IMG/VR virus record: IMGVR_UViG_3300033143_006101
Location: 62,001-126,000 of that record
Strand: one strand, 5' to 3'
DNA: 64,000 nt
Both the position numbers and the translations under genes were made by a program. Positions 10,977 through 20,773 of this stretch are shown piece after piece (position 1 is the first letter of the stretch; every line of letters starts with the position of its first letter). The notes beneath the pieces are model-generated. The model saw only the letters and a program-made list of their open reading frames with translations. It was not told the origin of the DNA and made no database searches.

Positions 10977-11297
10977 ATGAAATTTGATTTAAATAAAGAC
11001 ATGCAACCCTGGATAGTCCTGATTAATAATAACTTAAAATGGTCTATCGCTCTCATAATTAGAATCGGTATGATGGTTATATTACTTTTCGCTATTTTAA
11101 TATTACTAAGGTGGACCGGATTAGTAACAAACTTTAATAATAAGATAAAAGTAGAAGCTGACAAACCTGTAGTAAAATCAAAACCCTCTACCCCCACACA
11201 CGAAAACGATATACAACATATAAATAATCTTAAAAAGTTAATAAAAGAAAGGTTAAATGAATCAAAGGTTAAGGGGAAAGAAAATGAAGATAAATAA
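10977..11297 (+). CDS. Membrane protein
   Basis: SD aaggaggg, start at MKFDL; one long hydrophobic segment. Confidence 0.55.
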   Translation: MKFDLNKDMQPWIVLINNNLKWSIALIIRIGMMVILLFAILILLRWTGLVTNFNNKIKVEADKPVVKSKPSTPTHENDIQHINNLKKLIKERLNESKVKGKENEDK

Positions 11298-11865
11298 CGT
11301 CTTAATTCTTATCCTAATGCTATTTGTTGGAACCAGTATAGTAGGAGAGGTGATTCTTACTGAAAAAGAAGCAGAGGAGCTCTACGAGCGTCTGGATAAG
11401 GATGAGCACATCATTAAATGGCAAGCTAAACGTTGGAATGGTTTAGTGAATACAAACCCAAAAATTACCTATAAGATAGTAGATGGTAATGTCATCATTC
11501 AAACAGTGGAATTTCCCATAAAAAACGATAAACCCTTGATATACGAAGTAAAAATGAAAATAACACAAAAAGATGAACCGAGAATGCTCTTCCCATTCAC
11601 CTTGAGTTTATGTGGTATCTTAGAATCTGGGGTAATGAGCCGTGTAGATGCTAAATTAGGGGTCCAATTGTTCAATTTTCCCTCAGTTGGCCTAAGATAT
11701 TTTAAAAGCCTTGGGATACATTGCCTTATAGGAGCCCAATCCTCCGGTGTTTCTCTCTCCTGGAGGGTAACAGATTACCTTAAAAACACAAGAATTCACT
11801 TATATTCGGGAATGACGTATGAAATGAAGAAAAGCTTTGGAATAGGGGTTTCACTTAATTTTTAA
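11284..11865 (+). CDS. Secreted/outer-membrane-like protein
   Basis: Signal peptide MKINNVLILILMLFVG; C-terminal alternating beta strands ending in ...GVSLNF. Confidence 0.5.
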   Translation: MKINNVLILILMLFVGTSIVGEVILTEKEAEELYERLDKDEHIIKWQAKRWNGLVNTNPKITYKIVDGNVIIQTVEFPIKNDKPLIYEVKMKITQKDEPRMLFPFTLSLCGILESGVMSRVDAKLGVQLFNFPSVGLRYFKSLGIHCLIGAQSSGVSLSWRVTDYLKNTRIHLYSGMTYEMKKSFGIGVSLNF

Positions 11866-12508
11866 GAGGTGATTATGGAGAAAAAAATCAAAAAACTGGT
11901 CAAAAAGTACAACCCTTTTCACATAAAAAGGGGGGAAACTAAGATAAAATGGCTAATTACACCCAAAATAGGCAAAAATGGGCGAAAATCAAGGGATTTT
12001 GAGGTTTTAGGGCAAGATCTGGCAGAAAATTCGAAGTTACGCCTCGCAGTTAAAACTCCTATTTCAGAGGATGTTAATGTAAACTTCAACTTTAAAGGAG
12101 ACTCTAAAGATAACAATATAGAGGTAAAATTTACTAAAAACTTCTAATTTTTTTGTAAAAAATCGGACAACTCGCATAATATAGTATTTATGTCCCTTAG
12201 ATTATAGGAAGCTATGGAAACACCTTTAATACATATTTTAACAGATAGCTGGTTATTCGTATTTGGTATTTTACCAAATGTATTTAATGTAATATACCCG
12301 GAAATCTATTTTATAGCCACTAAAAGACAGTTTGAGCTAAAAAATAGAGTCCTAAAGTGGGTTGTTTGTTATTTTAGCGTGATAGTACCTTTCAGCTGGG
12401 TATTACTATATGCTATGTTAGTAGTATTGAATAAAATAGTAAAAACAGGAGAAGATGTCGCAAAGTTAGCGACATCTATAAATATAGAATTAGATAAAGA
12501 GGACATAC

Positions 12509-12709
12509 TTGATGGAAGTAGACTTTAAATGCAATGATTGTGGTAATGTGACTACTTATTGGAAATCATACAAAAAGAGGATGCCTAAAACTGTACAATG
12601 TGATCAGTGCAAAAGTCGAAACACCAGAAGGATCTATGGAATAGGCCATATTAGTGTTTCTGCAGGAAAATGTGGGAATGCCAGTAATGGTTACACATCC
12701 AAAAAGTAA
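12509..12709 (+). CDS. FmdB-family zinc-ribbon protein
   Basis: FKCNDCG...VQCDQCKSRNTRRI. Confidence 0.7.
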   Translation: MMEVDFKCNDCGNVTTYWKSYKKRMPKTVQCDQCKSRNTRRIYGIGHISVSAGKCGNASNGYTSKK

Positions 12710-12719
12710 GGAGAAGATT

Positions 12720-13319
12720 ATGTTTAAACATATCAAGTCATTTGTAATGAACAAAAGAGAAGGGGTATCAAATTACTTTAGAAAAAAACAAGATGCAGAG
12801 CTGGCAAGAGCAGAAGGTTTTGCATCCGGGACAACGGTAGCCTCTACAGAGTTCACATCAAAAATAAAAAACCTAACACATAGTATAGCAGAGTTAACAG
12901 AAGAAAATATAGTAATGGAGAAAAAATTAAGAACAGTTTATGATGAAAGAGTAGATGTATTGGATACTCGATATACGAAGAAATGTGATGATTGCATGCG
13001 AGCAACGGATAGAGAAAGGAAACGGTTAAGAAAAAATCAAAATGCTATTTTGGATTTAATCCAAAATTTTAATATTGTATATATGAAGCTTTTTAAGCAT
13101 GCGAGTTTTATTATGGATGAGCATGATAATATAATAAAATCTTCAGGAAGAGTGAAGGCATCTCGAGATACTCTAACAGTTATCAGAAAAGAAGCCAATT
13201 CATTAATACAGACTGCCCTCCCCCTGTTAGGAATAGACGTGACGGAAAAGATGGAGAATAAATTACTTCAACATGATGAAATTATCAATGTGGAAAAACA
13301 AACAGACAAGGTACAATAA
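12720..13319 (+). CDS. Hypothetical coiled-coil protein
   Basis: SD aaggag before ATG 12720; long helical K/E-rich stretches. Confidence 0.55.
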   Translation: MFKHIKSFVMNKREGVSNYFRKKQDAELARAEGFASGTTVASTEFTSKIKNLTHSIAELTEENIVMEKKLRTVYDERVDVLDTRYTKKCDDCMRATDRERKRLRKNQNAILDLIQNFNIVYMKLFKHASFIMDEHDNIIKSSGRVKASRDTLTVIRKEANSLIQTALPLLGIDVTEKMENKLLQHDEIINVEKQTDKVQ

Positions 13320-13370
13320 CTTAAAGTTTTTCTAGAAAATACTATCTTTTAGTCAGATGGTATTTTAACA

Positions 13371-14150
13371 ATGCTAGAAAAAATATATAGTTTAAAAAAG
13401 GCTGAGGCTCTGTTACGAAGGTATATACTGGCTAATTCTGATATCAATCAAGAAGTAGCCAGTATGCTTCGTCAACTTGCAAGGAATCAAACTCATACTT
13501 GGAAAGCCACAGCGTATAGTCGAGCAGCAGATAGTATATCAAAATGGGAAACTCCTCTTTCTGAAATGGAGAGTTTTAAAGAAATTCCTGGAGTAGGAGA
13601 GGATATAGATCAAGAGATCAGAGAGTATCTCGAGACAGGTAAAATTCAAAAGCTTGAGATATTAAAAAAGGAAGAAGTAAGCCGTAGACCATTCACTGCA
13701 ATGGAAGTCATAGACAAGACAAAAGCTCTGTTTGATATGGCTGATAAAGTTGGCTTGATCTATGAAATTACAGGTTCCATTAGACGAAAAGAAGAACGAG
13801 TCAGAGACTTAGATATTATTATCCTCATTAAGCAGATGAAGCAATGGAATACTATTGTAGATGCTATAGCAGAGGACATACATAGAAAAGGTGAACAAGA
13901 GATTGATTTTGAAATCAATGGGGTAGAAATAAACTTAAGAGCTGTCAATGAAGATGAGCTAAGTGCGGGAGTACTATATTTCACCGGTCCCAGCTCCTAT
14001 AGTATTTGGATGAGACAAATAGCCAAAGAAAAAGGATATAAATTAAATCGTAGAGGACTGTTCGACGCACAAGAAAATCAGATAGCTAAAACAGAAGAAG
14101 ACATCTTTAAGAAACTTGATATCCCTTGGACACCACCAGAGAAGAGGTAA
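13371..14150 (+). CDS. polX: X-family DNA polymerase-like protein, compact and with atypical catalytic residues
   Basis: 8-kDa/HhH domain (AYSRAA..IPGVGEDI..I.EYLETGK), GSIRR, RDLDII, YFTG, MRQIAKEKGYKLN, ..IF..L..PW.PPE.R. No PHP domain. Confidence 0.88.
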   Translation: MLEKIYSLKKAEALLRRYILANSDINQEVASMLRQLARNQTHTWKATAYSRAADSISKWETPLSEMESFKEIPGVGEDIDQEIREYLETGKIQKLEILKKEEVSRRPFTAMEVIDKTKALFDMADKVGLIYEITGSIRRKEERVRDLDIIILIKQMKQWNTIVDAIAEDIHRKGEQEIDFEINGVEINLRAVNEDELSAGVLYFTGPSSYSIWMRQIAKEKGYKLNRRGLFDAQENQIAKTEEDIFKKLDIPWTPPEKR

Positions 14151-14153
14151 TAT

Positions 14154-14657
14154 ATGCGATATCTATTTCTTATAATAATGTTATTGGTCCCATTAATATC
14201 TGTAGCAAAAGTAGACAAAGGATTTAAATATTCACAAAAGAAATCCCCACTTATTATTAAAAAACCATCCCTCAGTAGTCAGCGACAGCATGGTGAAATA
14301 GACATTTATATTAAAGGAAACTTTTGGAGAAGCATGACTCTTGCTGAACTAGATACTTTTTTTATTAATCTAGAATTATTTGATAGAATAAAAGAATCGA
14401 TGAGAAAAGGCAAAGTGAGATTATCTGTTTTAGATTCTGTAGCAGGCAAAAAACCTGGATCTAAATGTAGAACTAGAGCAATACTAACATGCGTATCAAA
14501 GGCAAATACAATACTCTGGCAACAAACTTTTATGTTAATAATGCACGTACCAAAAGATAATAAATCTCAATTAAAATTTTATTATGAAAAAGCATCCAAA
14601 TGGGGATTCCCAATAACAGGTTTAGGATGTTTAATTTTTTTCTTTCTATGGTTATAA
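14154..14657 (+). CDS. Protein with signal peptide and C-terminal TM helix
   Basis: Hydrophobic N- and C-termini. Confidence 0.55.
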   Translation: MRYLFLIIMLLVPLISVAKVDKGFKYSQKKSPLIIKKPSLSSQRQHGEIDIYIKGNFWRSMTLAELDTFFINLELFDRIKESMRKGKVRLSVLDSVAGKKPGSKCRTRAILTCVSKANTILWQQTFMLIMHVPKDNKSQLKFYYEKASKWGFPITGLGCLIFFFLWL

Positions 14658-14859
14658 TGATGGAAGCAAAATGTATTCAAGACATCGTCAAAGGATTATC
14701 TAAAGAAGAACAAATGATCCATAAACATCTCATTAAAGAATGCGTAGAGAGAGAGAAGGCATGCTTAATAAATGTGATAGTGTAAATGATTTTAAAAATT
14801 ACTTTTAGCATTTTATCTTAAAAAACTACCAAAAGATAGCTGTTTTAAGGTGTAATACA

Positions 14860-15387
14860 ATGAATTTAAAAGGAATAGCAACAATAAAAGAACTATTAAG
14901 GAAAGCTGATATGAATGGATATGTAATCTATTGTGATTTAGACGGAGTATTAAATGACTTTGACAAAGAGTTTAAAAAGCTAGGAAAAGGTACACCAGAA
15001 GAGTATGATGCAAAATATGGTACCAGTGCTATATGGAAACTCATAAATCAAAAAACTGACCATTTCTGGTTAGAGATGGAATGGATGCCAGATGGTAAAA
15101 AACTGTGGGATTTCATAAAAAACTTCGATCCTATTTTATTAACTACACCAGCACGCTCAGTAAAAAACTGTAAAGCTGACAAACAAGCCTGGGTAGAACG
15201 GGAAATATCAAAAGATATTATAGTGATTATGTCAGGTAAGAAATATGAATACGCAGACAAAAATACAATATTAATCGATGATATGCCAAAAAATATAATG
15301 CCATGGAGAGAAGCTGGTGGTATAGGTATCCTTCATGAATCTGCAGAAAAAACCATTGAAGAGTTACAAAAAATATTAAAAAAGTAA
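14860..15387 (+). CDS. HAD-superfamily 5'(3')-deoxyribonucleotidase-like
   Basis: YCDLDGVLNDF (motif I), ILTT, K, ILIDD...N...W..AGGIGILH. Confidence 0.85.
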   Translation: MNLKGIATIKELLRKADMNGYVIYCDLDGVLNDFDKEFKKLGKGTPEEYDAKYGTSAIWKLINQKTDHFWLEMEWMPDGKKLWDFIKNFDPILLTTPARSVKNCKADKQAWVEREISKDIIVIMSGKKYEYADKNTILIDDMPKNIMPWREAGGIGILHESAEKTIEELQKILKK

Positions 15388-15439
15388 CATTTTTACCACT
15401 TATAGTATACAAATTTATACAAAAAATTGTTAATTTTAC

Positions 15440-15468
15440 TTGACAACTTTTTAGTTATGCGATATATT
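15440..15468 (+). promoter_or_regulatory. Sigma70-type promoter preceded by an AAAATT-N3-AATTTT palindrome (15423-15437)
   Basis: TTGACA-17-TATATT. Confidence 0.65.
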
Positions 15469-15481
15469 GATTAATTATAAG

Positions 15482-15521
15482 CATAAAAACCTTGGGTGAG
15501 TTATCACCCAAGGTTTTTATG
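15482..15521. terminator. Bidirectional terminator-like hairpin
   Basis: Perfect 18-bp inverted repeat cataaaaaccttgggtga/tcacccaaggtttttatg with a 4-nt loop. Confidence 0.7.
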
Positions 15522-15659
15522 GTTTAGGGTATTGCTATTATGTAACATTAACTTTAATTTACTATTGGTTTTATGTTTTTTAGTTAGTTCCTACCGAATA
15601 TACTTACCTATATTCTACACAAGAACTAGCATCTCCAAAGTCTATAGCATAAAACATTT

Positions 15660-15692
15660 ACCCCTTGGCTCTCAGCCAAGGGGTTTTTGTTT
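15660..15692 (+). terminator. Terminator-like hairpin
   Basis: accccttggct-ctc-agccaaggggt followed by ttttgttt. Confidence 0.65.
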
Positions 15693-15790
15693 GTATATAG
15701 TACATTAAAGTTTTTTAATTTTTTAAGCAAACCCTCTATTAGTATATAGTATCATAAAAAGTTTATATTTATATGATAATTTATGAATGT

Positions 15791-15819
15791 AACATAGCCA
15801 TGGATTATTTTAAAGTCAA
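15791..15819 (-). promoter_or_regulatory. Possible leftward sigma70-type promoter
   Basis: Minus strand TTGACT-17-TATGTT. Confidence 0.4.
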
Positions 15820-15953
15820 GTTATTTTTTCAAAAATTTCTCATATTTCAGAATTTTTTACTATTTCGTGGTCATATTGTGATATGTAGAAGGATAAATAT
15901 GCTACCTTAAACTTTCTTAATGACTGTCTATCTTTTAAGAGAAAGAATTTATT

Positions 15954-17060
15954 ATGGCACTAGAAGAAAGAATAAAAGAATTAGTTGATTATCTTCATAT
16001 TCAACGAAAGAAGTATTATGAGGGGGAGATAGAAATTTCTGATGAAGAATTTAATGCTTTAGAAGAAGAATTGAGATCTCTAGATTCTGAGAACGAATAT
16101 TTCAAAGAAGTTGGATCTGAACCGGATACGGATAAAATAAAACATTCCTTTCCTATGCGAAGTATCCAAAAAAAGAAATCCCCAGAGAAAGTAACCAGCT
16201 GGCTTAGAAGTAGAATGGGAGATGCTATAGATGTTATAATTCAACCTAAAATAGATGGTGTATCTTTAACAAACCGATATGAGGAAAGAGAGCTTATATA
16301 TAGTGCTACCCGAGGAGATGGGGAATATGGAAAAGAAATTACAGAAGTAATCCAGCTGATAGAAGAAGTTCCTAAAGCAACATATACTATGGATCCAATA
16401 GAAATAAGGGGTGAAGTATATTTAGAAAAAGATGCTGAATATTCAAAGCAAAAGGCTCAAGAAGGTAAAGAATCACTTAGAAATATAGCGGCTGGAATAC
16501 TAAATAGAAAGCAAAATATTGAGGATGCGGTGCATCTTAACTTTGTAGCATATGATATAATAGGAGTGCCCTTTCCCAGTGAATTAGATAAATTAGAATA
16601 TTTACAAGCAATAGTACCTAATCCAATAATATATCAGAGAGCCCAGAGTGTAGAAGAAGTTGCTGCATTATGGGAACAATATAATGAAGAACGAGAGATT
16701 CTCGCTTATGAAATAGACGGGATTGTTATAAAGATAAATGATGGTAAACTAAGAGAGCAATATCAAGGAACTAATCCTCATCATTGGGGATATGAAATAT
16801 CCTGGAAATTTGAAGCAAGAAAAGAGGTTACAACACTAACAGATATCATATGGACAATTGGGGCAAAAGGCAACGAATCTCCTGTAGCCATATTCGAACC
16901 AGTTAGTATTAGTGGCAGAAATATAGAAAAAGCCACGTTACATAACCAAAAAAGAATAAATGAATTACAGCTGGAAATTGGCGATATTATAGAAGTAGGC
17001 TTGGCCGGGGATGTTATACCTAAAGTATATTCTAATCTCAGCAAAAACATAACTATTTAA
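15954..17060 (+). CDS. ligA: NAD+-dependent DNA ligase, truncated after the OB domain
   Basis: Ia domain (KYY...ISDEEF), MRSIQK, QPKIDG, EIRGEV, LRNIAAG, EIDGIVIK, WKF, ATLHN, AGDVIPKV. The stop follows directly, so there is no Zn finger, HhH or BRCT. Confidence 0.92.
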   Translation: MALEERIKELVDYLHIQRKKYYEGEIEISDEEFNALEEELRSLDSENEYFKEVGSEPDTDKIKHSFPMRSIQKKKSPEKVTSWLRSRMGDAIDVIIQPKIDGVSLTNRYEERELIYSATRGDGEYGKEITEVIQLIEEVPKATYTMDPIEIRGEVYLEKDAEYSKQKAQEGKESLRNIAAGILNRKQNIEDAVHLNFVAYDIIGVPFPSELDKLEYLQAIVPNPIIYQRAQSVEEVAALWEQYNEEREILAYEIDGIVIKINDGKLREQYQGTNPHHWGYEISWKFEARKEVTTLTDIIWTIGAKGNESPVAIFEPVSISGRNIEKATLHNQKRINELQLEIGDIIEVGLAGDVIPKVYSNLSKNITI

Positions 17061-17274
17061 TTTTTGAGGGTGTTAAAATGTATCCAGAATGTAAATATAT
17101 AAATCAATGTTATTTGGGCAGAGAGCATAAAGAAGGAGGTAAGCATAGAGTAATTTACACTCTTTATTGTGCCGGAAGAAAACAAGATGTATGTGAGCGA
17201 TTAGTAGTATATCATCAAGGAGGAACTCCTCTTGCTACACTATTACCAAATGGTATTATTAAACGAGATATACA

Positions 17275-17457
17275 ATGAATGATTATCTGAGATGTCCTTT
17301 TTGTAATAGTAATAAGCATCAATTTATCCAATTGCATACAGAAAAAAATATTACAATAAAAACATATAAATGCGATAATTGTAGTAAGACATTCTATATG
17401 AAGCAAATAATATCTAAGAGTAAGATATCTAAGGAGGTAATGAGGTATGGAATGTGA
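17275..17457 (+). CDS. Zinc-ribbon protein
   Basis: RCPFCNS...YKCDNCSKTF. Confidence 0.6.
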   Translation: MNDYLRCPFCNSNKHQFIQLHTEKNITIKTYKCDNCSKTFYMKQIISKSKISKEVMRYGM

Positions 17458-17611
17458 ACGTTGTAAAAGTATATTATATCTTCTTATAAAAAATCAATAC
17501 GGTCCCGGGGCAGGGGGAATAGATCTATATTTTTGTCCTTGCTGTGAGACTCGATATGAAGTAGCTAAAATAGAAGGAAAACATACAATTATAAAAAGAT
17601 TAGATGATTAG
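17447..17611 (+). CDS. Small zinc-ribbon protein (54 aa, not in the ORF track)
   Basis: Hand translation MECERCKS...FCPCCETRY...; SD aggagg upstream. Confidence 0.55.
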   Translation: MECERCKSILYLLIKNQYGPGAGGIDLYFCPCCETRYEVAKIEGKHTIIKRLDD

Positions 17612-17613
17612 TG

Positions 17614-17639
17614 GATAAGCCGACTTTAGTCGGCTTATC
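17614..17639. terminator. Bidirectional terminator at the convergent strand switch
   Basis: Perfect gataagccgac-ttta-gtcggcttatc between convergent stop codons. Confidence 0.75.
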
Positions 17640-18230
17640 TCAATGCATTTTATCACATTTATCTTCAGGCTTCTTTTCAACTGCACTATCAATTATACTA
17701 CAATTCAGTTTCTTTTCACACTCCTCACATATTTTATTGTTATGACCCATTATAAAATCTTGAAGCAAAGTATTAAACATAGTAGCTACATGCTTAGAAA
17801 ATATTCCAAATAAAAGTTGAAATTTTCCTAAGTTAATAATTCTCATTTTTTTCTCTAATACTTTATCAATTGTAAAACTTATAATAAGTCCTTTTTTATT
17901 TTTAAAATGAAGAGTTCTCATTAAATATAGATTATGATATATAAATCTATATACAACAAAACATATAACAAGAATACTACAGACCATATTTAATGAAAAA
18001 CCAGTTTCAATCATTATCTGTATTATTAGAACAATTATAATTACCATCATTACAATAATTGGTATATCTGGTAATAATAGAACAAATTTACCTATTATAC
18101 CGATTTGTGGTTTATCTTTTGTTACTTCGTTCGCATTCTTTTTCTTTGGATAACTAAAAGGAAAGCGTAATGATTTTAACTTAGTAAGCAGATTAAGTTT
18201 TTCCTTTGTATCTTTTTTTTCTTCTTTCAT
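17640..18230 (-). CDS. Membrane protein
   Basis: Start at MKEEKK with SD aggag; two TM segments; C-terminal CxxC..C. Confidence 0.55.
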   Translation of the reverse strand: MKEEKKDTKEKLNLLTKLKSLRFPFSYPKKKNANEVTKDKPQIGIIGKFVLLLPDIPIIVMMVIIIVLIIQIMIETGFSLNMVCSILVICFVVYRFIYHNLYLMRTLHFKNKKGLIISFTIDKVLEKKMRIINLGKFQLLFGIFSKHVATMFNTLLQDFIMGHNNKICEECEKKLNCSIIDSAVEKKPEDKCDKMH

Positions 18231-19039
18231 GGTGTCTCCTCTTCTTCTGAAGTTTGTGCTTGCTGTGACAAATAAGATTCTGCACACTCTAGATAAATCT
18301 TACTTAAATAAGCAGAAAGTATGTTAAGTGTAAGTATAACTATACCTGGTTGTTCTTTAACTAATTCATCATAAGGCTCAGGAAATAGTACTCCTTGCTC
18401 TGCTCCCTCCTTACATTCCTCTAAGAATCCAAGAAGCTGATCAAAAGGAATTACTGCTTTTCCACCTTCAAAAATAAAATCTAATGTGTATGGTTCTCTT
18501 CTCATTGTAACCTCTTCTTTTGTTCTTCTAAAAGATCTAATATTTTATGACTACCAGTAAATTCAGTTGTAATCTTCCAAAGCTTTTCATTATCGCGTTT
18601 TCCTTCTAATTTAGCTTGTACAACTTTGCTTATTACATGATCATTTCTCATCAGTAACAGGAGTGCCAATTATATCTTTCTTTCTGATCGATTTAGGATA
18701 GCTAACATAAGAATTTATTTTCATATTTATTCTCCTATATATGGCAATCCACAATAGTAAGTAAGGTATTACTTGATATATCATCCATAAGCTTAGCTAT
18801 ATCAGTCCCAAATGCAGATAAATCTACACCTTCACCATTCCCTTTATCTTTATCCATATTCTTATACCTCCTAAAATTATAATTACCTCTATATACTATA
18901 AAGTATAAATACTCAATATTTTACAAAAAAAAAGTTAAGGTATTGCTACCCTAACTCAATTACTAGTGGATAAGTCTTATTAGGTAGGAATTGGTTAGGA
19001 TGGCAGTAATTCCACCAGTAATTATCTATGGATCCATAG

Positions 19040-19756
19040 TTACCACGGTTCTTCAGGCATACAGGTCCAATGCGATATATCTCCTCTAAATATTTCATTA
19101 GTGTCAGACCAATACCATATTTTATCTGTATAATTATAATATACTTTAAAACACTCTTTCATAAAAGGATCATATACTAATACAGTTATAGAAACAACGT
19201 GTATAGCTACAAGATTTGGATTAGTATTTCTAGGAGGAAAAGACCACGCTTGATTAACTTCTAGTTTAACCCATTGACCAAATCTACCTCTTTTTGCGTC
19301 TCTTTCTGCTCTTCGTTTTGCATGAAATTTTTTACGAGCGTCGATAGGATTGTCTGCATCGAAAGGATTATCTGGTAATGGCTCTCTAAGTTTAAAAATA
19401 GGATTATCTCTTTCTTTTTCCACCGATGCTGATTTTGTAATCATTTCTTCTGTAATCGGTACTTTACCCATACCTATTAATCCTAGTTGCTTCTCTAACT
19501 CTAATTTACGTACTGTAGGGTGTTGATTTGCTGATTTAAATAAAAGAGGAGGAGGAATTTGTAAACTATGCCTAAGCACCGCCATAATACGGTCCATCTC
19601 TTTGACATAGCTATCTCCCTGCTTTTGTGTATTACAAAGTTCTAGTATCTCAATATCATTAGGGCAATTTTCTGGTGTATAGCACAAGATACTTCCTTGT
19701 ACAATAGATGACGAAGTACCCTTTATACGTCCACATGGGTTATCGCATATCCTCAT
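19040..19756 (-). CDS. Hypothetical protein
   Basis: 238-aa ORF with SD aggag. Confidence 0.55.
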   Translation of the reverse strand: MRICDNPCGRIKGTSSSIVQGSILCYTPENCPNDIEILELCNTQKQGDSYVKEMDRIMAVLRHSLQIPPPLLFKSANQHPTVRKLELEKQLGLIGMGKVPITEEMITKSASVEKERDNPIFKLREPLPDNPFDADNPIDARKKFHAKRRAERDAKRGRFGQWVKLEVNQAWSFPPRNTNPNLVAIHVVSITVLVYDPFMKECFKVYYNYTDKIWYWSDTNEIFRGDISHWTCMPEEPW

Positions 19757-19959
19757 TATTATTCTCCTTTCTAACTATTTAGTTTATTCATTTTTATTTC
19801 TATATCTTCTATTAACTCTTCTAATGATATCTTTGTATCCCTTGTAGATACTGTTGTATCATTATATACTTTATCAATAGCTTCTCTAGCATCATCTATT
19901 AATTGCAAATGCCTAACCATATTTTTTCCATTATTATCCATTTATCCTCCTTATTATAT

Positions 19960-20496
19960 TTATACTATTGTAAGCATTTTTTCTATTTTCTTTTGAAAAT
20001 CTTTTGGTAATTCATATTTCTTTCCCGGGAAATTTCTATAACTATATTCGTATCCTAAAAATTCTACTGCAGCATCGTACATTTTAGCAGCATCTTCTTC
20101 AGTCCTTTTTGATCCTAAAGATACAAATCTACCATTAACATATATATAAGAATTATAACTCTGAATTCTTTTAGTCTTAACTTTGTATACTCCTTTATAT
20201 TTTTTACCTAATTTAGGAGGGGAGGTTCTTCTTAACTGAGAAAGCGTTACTTTTCTTAAATTTTTCTTTTGATGATTTAATCTAATATCATCAAGATGGA
20301 TAACATACTCACTTTTTTTACATTTCATTATAATTCTTTTCATAATAATAAGTTCCTTAGTACTAGGTTCTATTCGAAACACAGTTTTACGATTACACCC
20401 AGCTTGTAAGTAAGACCAATTAAATTGACTTAGAAAGTCATAATCCTCATTATCTACTAAAATATCATCTCCAGAATATGCTTTAATTTTTTTCAT
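19960..20496 (-). CDS. HNH-AP2 family endonuclease-like protein with degenerate HNH motif
   Basis: ILVDNEDY..L..FNW; M.RIIM..; VIH....LNH.K.NLR; AP2-like KYKGV...Y.S.I.VNG...LG...TEEDAAKMYDAA......Y..RNFP. Confidence 0.8.
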   Translation of the reverse strand: MKKIKAYSGDDILVDNEDYDFLSQFNWSYLQAGCNRKTVFRIEPSTKELIIMKRIIMKCKKSEYVIHLDDIRLNHQKKNLRKVTLSQLRRTSPPKLGKKYKGVYKVKTKRIQSYNSYIYVNGRFVSLGSKRTEEDAAKMYDAAVEFLGYEYSYRNFPGKKYELPKDFQKKIEKMLTIV

Positions 20497-20773
20497 AATT
20501 ACTTCTCCATATTTTCCCAATGCTATATTATCATCATCGCCCAAAGAATATACTTGGGGGGTGTACTTGGATCCTTTTTAATCATTTTTAATTTTTTAAT
20601 AACATCTTCAGTAAATCCATGAAGGTTCTTAAAAGCATTTACATACTGTTCTTCAATTATTGTATTATGTTTAATTACTTTCCCTTTACTATTGATAACT
20701 TCAACCATCCTTCCGCGTTCATCTAAATTCCATTTTCTTCTTCCACTTTCTTCTCTTATTTCAACAGACATAA

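Noticed and set aside
9842-11197. Long antisense ORFs in the track (e.g. 9842..10345, 10553..11197, 26335..26739, 54144..54485)
   Set aside because: Shadow frames opposite well-supported genes, with no SD or recognisable motifs.
17078-17278. Missing Zn-finger half of the truncated ligase
   Set aside because: Cys spacing does not match the LigA CPxC...C...C finger, and there are no HhH motifs.
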